Below, in pieces: positions 44,962-51,054 of a stretch of DNA of 51,054 nucleotides (positions are counted from its first letter, which is position 1; each line of letters begins with the position of its first letter). A program made the position numbers and the translations under genes. The notes below the pieces were generated by a model. The model saw only the letters and a list, made by a program, of their open reading frames with translations. It had not been told where the DNA came from and made no database searches. Where the stretch lies: positions 1 to 51,054 of the forward strand of contig CAVCSJ010000001.1 in assembly GCA_963604895.1 (NCBI GenBank). The letters are read 5' to 3'. The stretch comes from a bacterium (GTDB taxonomy: Bacteria > Bacteroidota > Bacteroidia > Bacteroidales > UBA932).

Positions 44962-45411
44962 ATGAAGATCATATTGAAGAAAGATGTTGCGAATCTCGGC
45001 GAGGCCGGTGAAATCGTAGAAGTTAAGACTGGTTATGCTCTCAATTACCTCGTACCTCAGGGCTATGCTGTCATCGGTACAGCTTCCGCCATCAAGCAGC
45101 ACGAGGAGACTATCCGTCAGAGGGCTCACAAAGAGGCCAAGAATGTTGCTGAGGCTCAGGCTTATGCAGCTAAGATCTCCGCAAGTCTCGTGAAGATCGC
45201 CTGCAAGGTTAACGAGTCCGGTAAGATTTACGGTTCCGTTACTACCGCTCAGATCGCTGAGGCTCTCGTAGCCGCAGGTTTCGAGGTGGAGAAGAAGAAC
45301 ATCGAGATTGTTTCCGAGGAAGTCAAGGAGGCAGGTGTTTACGATGCTAAGGTTAAGTGCTACAAGGGCGTTTACGCTGACCTCAAGTTCGAGGTTGTCG
45401 CTGCCGAGTAA
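44962..45411 (+). CDS. rplI: 50S ribosomal protein bL9
   Basis: MKIILKKDVANLGEAGEIVEVKTGYALNYLVPQG and GKIYGSVT. Confidence 0.97.
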   Translation: MKIILKKDVANLGEAGEIVEVKTGYALNYLVPQGYAVIGTASAIKQHEETIRQRAHKEAKNVAEAQAYAAKISASLVKIACKVNESGKIYGSVTTAQIAEALVAAGFEVEKKNIEIVSEEVKEAGVYDAKVKCYKGVYADLKFEVVAAE

Positions 45412-45432
45412 AGCATTTACTTATAATAACTT

Positions 45433-45469
45433 ATTGGCTGGACCGCGAAAGCGTTCCAGCCAATTTTTT
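45433..45469 (+). terminator. Terminator after rplI
   Basis: ATTGGCTGGA-c-CGC-gaaa-GCG-t-TCCAGCCAAT followed by a T run. Confidence 0.85.
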
Positions 45470-45491
45470 ATTCTCTTGTTTCACGTCCGAT

Positions 45492-48400
45492 TTAATCCTT
45501 CTGCCGCTGCGCTTCGGCAAGCCTCGAAACAGCTTCCAGATAATAATAATCCGCATAGGTGAGGGCGACATCCACTTCGGACTTTTCCGGGAGGTTGCCC
45601 ACACTGTGTTTCAGGAGGAAGCCGCCGTTCTGGCCCGCAGCGGCGAGATACTCGATGGTGGAGAGGGTGCGGACCTGGGTTCTGGCCATCTCCAGGCAGG
45701 ATTTCGCAAGGACAGGATCCTTTGAGAGGCCGGAAAGCTCCGCGAACGCGGAAGCCATGATTGCGCCGGCCGAAGCATCCTTGAGAGCCGCAGGAATGGC
45801 CGGATTATCGAAATCCCAGTAAGGAATCCCGTCGGAAGGCAGGCGTGAAAGCAGCATCCTCGCGATGTCGCAGGCCTGCGCCAGGAACTCCTCAAGCCCC
45901 GTTTCCCTATACATCATATTATAGCCATAGAATGCCCAGGCCTGCCCGCGGGCCCAGGCGGAGGCGTCAGAATAACCCTGAACCGTCTGTCTGGAGCGTA
46001 CTGCGCCCGTGGCCGGATCGTAGTCCACCAGATGGAAGGAAGTGAAATCCGGACGGAAGGCATTGCGGGCTGTGGTGCGCGCGTGAGATACCGCCACATC
46101 GCGCAATGCGTCATTGCGGAACAGCTGCGAAGCGCGCGTAAGCAGCTCCAGATTCATCATATTGTCGATAATCACCGGATACTGCCAGTCCTTTCGCAAG
46201 AAATCCCAGCTCTTTATGGCTCCGACCGCAGGATTGAAGCGCTTCGAGAGCTTCTCCGCCGACTCGAACAGCCTGCCCAGCCAGCGGCGGCTTCCCGTAA
46301 CACGATAAGCCTGCCCGTAACTGCACATCATCTGAAAGCCGATGTCGTGGTCCGTCTTCTGACGGACTAGCAGGTCAAGCTTCTCGCTGTTGCGCGTCGC
46401 AGCCTCCTTAAGAGCCTCATCCCCAGTGTATTCGTACGCAAGCCAGAGCGAACCAGGGAAGAAGCCGCTGCACCACCAGCCGACGTCCGAAGTCACAAGT
46501 CCTTCGCTGTCACTGTAGTAGCGCGGAGCGCGGTCAGAAGGAACCGCAGCATCCAGCATCTTCAGCTGGCCTGCGGCCAATCCGAATATCCTGTCCGCCA
46601 GTTCCCTGTCGCTTTCCACCCGTCTGAGAGTCGTCACCACATTAAGGCTTTCTCCCGGCTGAAGAGTGAATTCGAAACCCACGATGCTTACCCCGGGATT
46701 CGGCTCATCGCAGACATTGAGTCTGGATTTATAGTCCTTAGGATTGCCGGACCAGATATGATATTTGACTCTGCTCTGATCGGCGCTCAATTTCATAGTT
46801 ATCCCGTTGCTGTTCAGCAGTATACCGTCTTCGGAGAGTTCCGCGTCCGCCCTCGTAACCATAGACCAGCGGACCGTAGCCTTCTGTCCCGCAGGGGCCT
46901 TCAGGCTGTCCCGGACCTCCAGATAGGCATTCCAACGTATGGCTGCAGTTCTGACGGCAGTTTCCAGATCTCCTCCGAAAAGCGAAGTCAGGTCGAACAC
47001 TCCGCCCTTGCGGCTGTCGTCACAGAAGGACTTCAGCAGCTCTGCACGGCCGGCGGAACGGTGATCCTTATCATTGACGGTCAATGTATTGTGCTGACGG
47101 TTGTTCATCCGGAAGAGTCCCCAGCGAAGCGACCCGTCACCAAGGTTCCAGAAATCCCCGCCAAGTTTCTTAATAGGATTTTCGACGCTCTGATAGCTCT
47201 GCCTTTCCAGGTCGACGGCCCAGCGGACACCATAGGCATCGAAAACAAAGCTTCCTCCGTCGAGGTGAGAATGGGATGTGGAAGGACTTCCGCCCTTGAT
47301 TCCCAGATACATAGCGTCATCTTCCCAGCCGGAACGGGTCATCACGACAGGCGTGATGCCCTTGCCCGCGAAAATCAGGCTTTCAGGCTCGGAAACCATC
47401 GCGGAATCCAGCCGTGAGGCATAGAGAGTCAGCAAAGGGAGGAGCCTGTAATTCTCTGTGTCGCAATATTTTCCGTTTCTAAGTTTCTGTATTTCCCCAT
47501 AAAGCAGCGAAGGCCTGGCGAATTTGTCGGCAAAATACCAGAGCGGATAGAAAGGCTGTTCGTTCCCGATATTGTCCGAATAATTGAAAAGTTTCCCGGC
47601 GGTTCCGCTGCTATGCAGAATGTAATCGGCGGTCCTGTCGAAGCCGAGGCAGTTCGAAAGCCCGGAGTCAGTCCCGAGGACAGACTCCATCGCAGAAAGC
47701 ATAAGAACTTCATACAGAGTGCCGTAGCTCCAGTAGTCCGGTCCCTCGGCGTAGTTTCCGTCCGGAGCGTAAATCCTGTTCATCACAGGCATATTCGTAA
47801 GCAGAGCATCGTCCAGCACCGCCTGCGCGGCCTCCGGACAGCTTTCCCGAATCGCGAGCGCGGCGAGCGTCAGTCCGGCATTGCAGACCTGATTCCAATT
47901 GCTTTCGTTCGTGCGGTACCACGCATAGTCGGCATTCTTCGCCGGCGCGAAGGCCAGATTCTGTATGGCCTTGACGGCCAATTCTTTAGTCTCGTCGCTG
48001 AGGGCATCGTAGAGCCAGTCGTAGCCTATCGCCACAGCGGTGGCCATCTCGGCGACATCCAGGAAATGCGAAGGGTTCCAGGAAGTGAATGAGCATACCG
48101 CGCGAAGGTCGGTGTCGGCCTGCTCGAGGTAGCGGAAGTCCCCGGAATATCGATATGCGTAAGCGCAGAAATAGATATGTGTCAATGTTTTGCGCGATAC
48201 CTGCAGAAGTCTTCTTCCGCTTTCGTCAAGCTTGAATGTCAGAGGTTCCCGCTCTCTTATGATCCTGTCGGCCCCCTCCATCACCAGCGTGTGAATCATC
48301 CCCAGTGGCGAATCAGGCGAGGCAGCAATCTTCTGTTTCATCGCTTCGAACTCCGCCGCATCCATCAGCAGCCTCGGGTGCAGAGCGACAGAGAGCGTGT

Positions 48401-48572
48401 CTGCAACTTCAGGGGCCTGAGCAAGGCAGTCGGCAGCTCCGGCATCCTGCACAAGGCTGTCAGGTGCTGCATTGGCAGCAGAGCTGCCAATATTTTCCTG
48501 AGCCACGGCAGGGTTCTGGAAGGCGAGCAGGGCCAGGACGGCAGATATGAAAAATGTTCTCAATGACTTCAT
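45492..48572 (-). CDS. Heparinase II/III-like polysaccharide lyase fused to GH88 unsaturated glucuronyl hydrolase
   Basis: Signal peptide. Lyase motifs WNPSHFLD, NWNQVC, YAEG..YW.YG and HSHLDGGSF. GH88 motifs WCSGFFPGSLW, HDIGF, IIDNMMNLELL, WARGQAW, DASA and YADYYYLEA. Confidence 0.87.
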   Translation of the reverse strand: MKSLRTFFISAVLALLAFQNPAVAQENIGSSAANAAPDSLVQDAGAADCLAQAPEVADTLSVALHPRLLMDAAEFEAMKQKIAASPDSPLGMIHTLVMEGADRIIREREPLTFKLDESGRRLLQVSRKTLTHIYFCAYAYRYSGDFRYLEQADTDLRAVCSFTSWNPSHFLDVAEMATAVAIGYDWLYDALSDETKELAVKAIQNLAFAPAKNADYAWYRTNESNWNQVCNAGLTLAALAIRESCPEAAQAVLDDALLTNMPVMNRIYAPDGNYAEGPDYWSYGTLYEVLMLSAMESVLGTDSGLSNCLGFDRTADYILHSSGTAGKLFNYSDNIGNEQPFYPLWYFADKFARPSLLYGEIQKLRNGKYCDTENYRLLPLLTLYASRLDSAMVSEPESLIFAGKGITPVVMTRSGWEDDAMYLGIKGGSPSTSHSHLDGGSFVFDAYGVRWAVDLERQSYQSVENPIKKLGGDFWNLGDGSLRWGLFRMNNRQHNTLTVNDKDHRSAGRAELLKSFCDDSRKGGVFDLTSLFGGDLETAVRTAAIRWNAYLEVRDSLKAPAGQKATVRWSMVTRADAELSEDGILLNSNGITMKLSADQSRVKYHIWSGNPKDYKSRLNVCDEPNPGVSIVGFEFTLQPGESLNVVTTLRRVESDRELADRIFGLAAGQLKMLDAAVPSDRAPRYYSDSEGLVTSDVGWWCSGFFPGSLWLAYEYTGDEALKEAATRNSEKLDLLVRQKTDHDIGFQMMCSYGQAYRVTGSRRWLGRLFESAEKLSKRFNPAVGAIKSWDFLRKDWQYPVIIDNMMNLELLTRASQLFRNDALRDVAVSHARTTARNAFRPDFTSFHLVDYDPATGAVRSRQTVQGYSDASAWARGQAWAFYGYNMMYRETGLEEFLAQACDIARMLLSRLPSDGIPYWDFDNPAIPAALKDASAGAIMASAFAELSGLSKDPVLAKSCLEMARTQVRTLSTIEYLAAAGQNGGFLLKHSVGNLPEKSEVDVALTYADYYYLEAVSRLAEAQRQKD

Positions 48573-48591
48573 ACGATGCGTTATGGAAAGT

Positions 48592-48619
48592 CAAAATTAC
48601 GATAATTTTCATAATTTTG
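48592..48619. promoter_or_regulatory. Back-to-back divergent -7 boxes
   Basis: TAATTTTG on the minus strand (48592-48599) and on the plus strand (48612-48619), between divergent genes. Confidence 0.6.
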
Positions 48620-48636
48620 TGAGCATTTTTTGAGCA

Positions 48637-49581
48637 ATGAACGTAAAATTGACTTTTCTGGGCACAGGAACCTCTCAGGGTGTGCCGATTATAGGTTGCA
48701 ACTGCGCTGTCTGCCGCAGCACAGATCCCCGCGACAAGCGTTACAGGGCCGCCGCTCTGGTCGAATATGGCGGGCTTAATATCCTGGTGGATGCCGGGCC
48801 TGATTTCCGTATGCAGATGATTGCGGCGGGAGTGGGGCATCTGGATGCTATCCTATTGACTCACAATCATAAAGACCATACGGGAGGCCTGGATGATGTC
48901 AGGGCTCTGAACTATATTGACCGCCGCCCGGCGGAAATCTACTGCGAACCGAAGGTTCTGGAAACCCTCAAATGCGAATACGGCTACGCCTTCGCCGAGC
49001 ACAAGTACCCCGGCTCGCCGGAATGGAATATCCATCTGATTGACGATCAGCCTTTTGTGGTTTATCCGAATGTCGGCGGGGAGCTGGTATGGAAGCACGA
49101 TGTGGGTTACGGCTACCTCCAGCCGGACGGAAGTTTCGTGCTGTCGGGGTCAGGGAAGCCATTGGACGCGGAGCGGCCGACGGAAGAGAATCTCGCGAAA
49201 GGCGGGGTGGAGATCGTGCCGATACGCGGGCTGCACGGGGAGATGCCGGTGCTGGGCTTCCGCTTCGGGGACATCGCGTACATCACGGATATGAGTTATC
49301 TTCCGGAGTCGGAATTTTGCAAATTGCGCGGGCTCAAGCACTTGACTCTGAACACTGTAAGCTATAAGCCTCATCATTCGCATTTCAGTCTGGAGCAGGC
49401 GGTGACGCTGGCGAAAAAGATAGGTGCGGAGCACACCTGGCTCACGCACCTCTCCCATACTTTCCCCGTCTACACGGAGTTCTGCCACGCCCCTCTCCCG
49501 AACGGCTACGGCGCCTCCTTCGGCGGTCGCCTCCCCGACAACATCCAGCCCGCTTACGACGGCCTCGTCATCGAGGCGTAA
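48637..49581 (+). CDS. MBL-fold metallo-hydrolase, PhnP family
   Basis: LGTGTSQGVP.IGC.C.VC, DAGPDFR.Q, THNHKDH, AYITD and HLSH...AYDGL. Confidence 0.9.
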   Translation: MNVKLTFLGTGTSQGVPIIGCNCAVCRSTDPRDKRYRAAALVEYGGLNILVDAGPDFRMQMIAAGVGHLDAILLTHNHKDHTGGLDDVRALNYIDRRPAEIYCEPKVLETLKCEYGYAFAEHKYPGSPEWNIHLIDDQPFVVYPNVGGELVWKHDVGYGYLQPDGSFVLSGSGKPLDAERPTEENLAKGGVEIVPIRGLHGEMPVLGFRFGDIAYITDMSYLPESEFCKLRGLKHLTLNTVSYKPHHSHFSLEQAVTLAKKIGAEHTWLTHLSHTFPVYTEFCHAPLPNGYGASFGGRLPDNIQPAYDGLVIEA

Positions 49582-49586
49582 GAGCA

Positions 49587-49669
49587 GCGGCGACGACAAG
49601 TTTCACAGGCGTAATCCATTTCTCCGGCCGCTTCGCGTCCAATACGCCTACGAGACTTTTCGCCGCCGC
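49587..49669. repeat. 83-bp imperfect palindrome between convergent genes
   Basis: Arms 49587-49613 and 49643-49669 are complementary at 22/27 positions; core ATTTCTCCGGCCGCTTCGCGTCCAAT matches the GH2 element core at 22/26. Confidence 0.8.
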
Positions 49670-49699
49670 CCAAGCCTTCAGGAACTTTGAGATAGAAGA

Positions 49700-51054
49700 T
49701 CAGTCCGAGAAAGCCCTGACGCAGCGGACGTAGTACTTCTCTGCGGAATCTTTGTAGAGTTTCGTGCTGGATGTGCCTTTCTTGACTACGTTGAGATAAT
49801 AATACGCTCCCGCCGCAGTTTTTGTAGATGACCAGTAGCCGGCAGAAGCATTGTCAGCCGTAATTTCAGTTGCCGATATCGGCAAAAAAGCGAATGGGGA
49901 AGCATTCTTTGTGAATTTCCTTGAGCCTGAAAAAAATCGCCCACACGCACCCGCATCTGAAATTCCGTAAGATGAATGTTCTTTCAATGAAACCAGTTCA
50001 CTTTTAGTCGGCAGACGCCATCCATCCGGGCAGGCAGTCTGGGCTTCTTCGTATGTATACAAAACCCCTATCGGATTCTCGGAAGAAGTGCCCTGATTTG
50101 TAGACTTTTCCCATATCACCTTGTCTATCAGGACTTCGGAAGAAGAAAGCAATGGAACGGTTTCGCCGGGCCCATAGAAATCTGTATTAACATCATATTC
50201 AAGGTCTATCTTGCGAAGCCAGTCGAGCGATGTGCAGACTACTATTCTGAGTTCGGTATTCTTGGTCAAGTCGAGAGATGTGAGATTCGGATTGCCGGCT
50301 ACATTCAATTGCGTAAGGCCTGTAAAGCTACTGAGGTCCAGTGAAGTAAGTCCCATATCTGATAAATCCAGTTCAGTGATGGCCGCCTTTTCGTCATCGG
50401 AGAGCACTCCGTCGCCGTCTTTATCATTCTCATTGATCAGTTTTGTGAAATAATTGTCATCACTTTTCGGGACAAGCGGAATATATTCCGACTGGATTGT
50501 ATTGTTGCCGAAGGCGACCTTGAGGACAAGGGCGGCCTCAAGATTTCCGAAGATGAAATCTGTTCCGAGCCCTTCAGTGGAAACTTTTATGCTGAGAATC
50601 CCGTCTTTTGCAGAGACTTCCGTGATGTCCAGATTGACGAAATCACCTGCTTCGGCCGACTTGGTAAGAGTATAGACTGCCCTGGCGGTGAGCGGAGATG
50701 AGGCGGTCTCGTCTTTTGCAGCTTCATCGCAGGCAGTCACTATGGCTTGTGCACTGGCTGCTGGATAGACATCGAAACGGAGTACAATGGGATTAAGAAC
50801 CGCTTTTGAGATGTCAAAGTCATACAGAGTATAAAAGACGCGCTCGATGCCGTCGGTATACTTGGGAATATATGCGATGGACGTGATGTTTTTAATCGCA
50901 TCCTCAAGAGCGGCCACACGGTCTTCAAGCTTTTTGATATCAGCTTCAAGTGATGTGACGCGTCCGTCGAGAGCTTGGATTTTTGTATCCACGCCGTCGA
51001 TCGCCTTCTGAATGGTTTCGGTGATGGTGCCGTTATAGTCGTCGATGGCCTCCT
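49700..51054 (-). CDS. Large surface-type protein, 5'-truncated: coiled coil, EF-hand-like loop, LRR and FISUMP-like C-terminal domain
   Basis: Frame is open to the window edge (EAIDDYNGTITETIQKAIDGVDTK...); DKDGDGVLSDDE; LTSLDLS repeats; YTYEEA..ACPDGWRLPT..E...YWSST...VRCVR. Confidence 0.8.
   Translation of the reverse strand, partial: EAIDDYNGTITETIQKAIDGVDTKIQALDGRVTSLEADIKKLEDRVAALEDAIKNITSIAYIPKYTDGIERVFYTLYDFDISKAVLNPIVLRFDVYPAASAQAIVTACDEAAKDETASSPLTARAVYTLTKSAEAGDFVNLDITEVSAKDGILSIKVSTEGLGTDFIFGNLEAALVLKVAFGNNTIQSEYIPLVPKSDDNYFTKLINENDKDGDGVLSDDEKAAITELDLSDMGLTSLDLSSFTGLTQLNVAGNPNLTSLDLTKNTELRIVVCTSLDWLRKIDLEYDVNTDFYGPGETVPLLSSSEVLIDKVIWEKSTNQGTSSENPIGVLYTYEEAQTACPDGWRLPTKSELVSLKEHSSYGISDAGACGRFFSGSRKFTKNASPFAFLPISATEITADNASAGYWSSTKTAAGAYYYLNVVKKGTSSTKLYKDSAEKYYVRCVRAFSD

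Overview
About 51 kb of chromosome from a fairly GC-rich Bacteroidales bacterium. TAnnTTTG -7 promoter boxes, a type V pilus operon and Bacteroidota-type ParE/bS18 support the phylum; a gut or rumen lineage such as Ca. Cryptobacteroides is only a guess. In order, the window holds: the end of a beta-mannan/glucomannan cluster (GH130, GH94, GH2); a complete 7-gene type V pilus operon; aquaporin, cardiolipin synthase, GDPD and GH3; tRNA-Asn; an HU-like membrane protein and a NUDIX hydrolase; a peptidoglycan-salvage cluster (DUF4922-SpoIID fusion, AmpG, NamZ); a Ser-rich DUF6515-like protein, a Stealth protein, AsmA, parE, an acyltransferase, a permease and a DUF1573 protein; a ferredoxin missed by the ORF track; a truncated LysR; an M16 peptidase; rpsF-rpsR-rplI; a lyase-GH88 fusion; a PhnP-like hydrolase; and a partial LRR/FISUMP protein. 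Two signals are not explained by the gene list. (1) A dispersed family of GC-rich REP-like palindromes, with cores ending ...GCGTCCAAT or CCTGACGGCCAATCC, sits both between genes and in frame inside several unrelated proteins; two copies share a 26-nt core and identical geometry but have different self-complementary arms. (2) The tetramer CATG is almost absent (5 sites found by eye in 51 kb). No transposase, integrase, reverse transcriptase or CRISPR array was seen. Family names come from motif recognition, not database searches, and all counts are manual.
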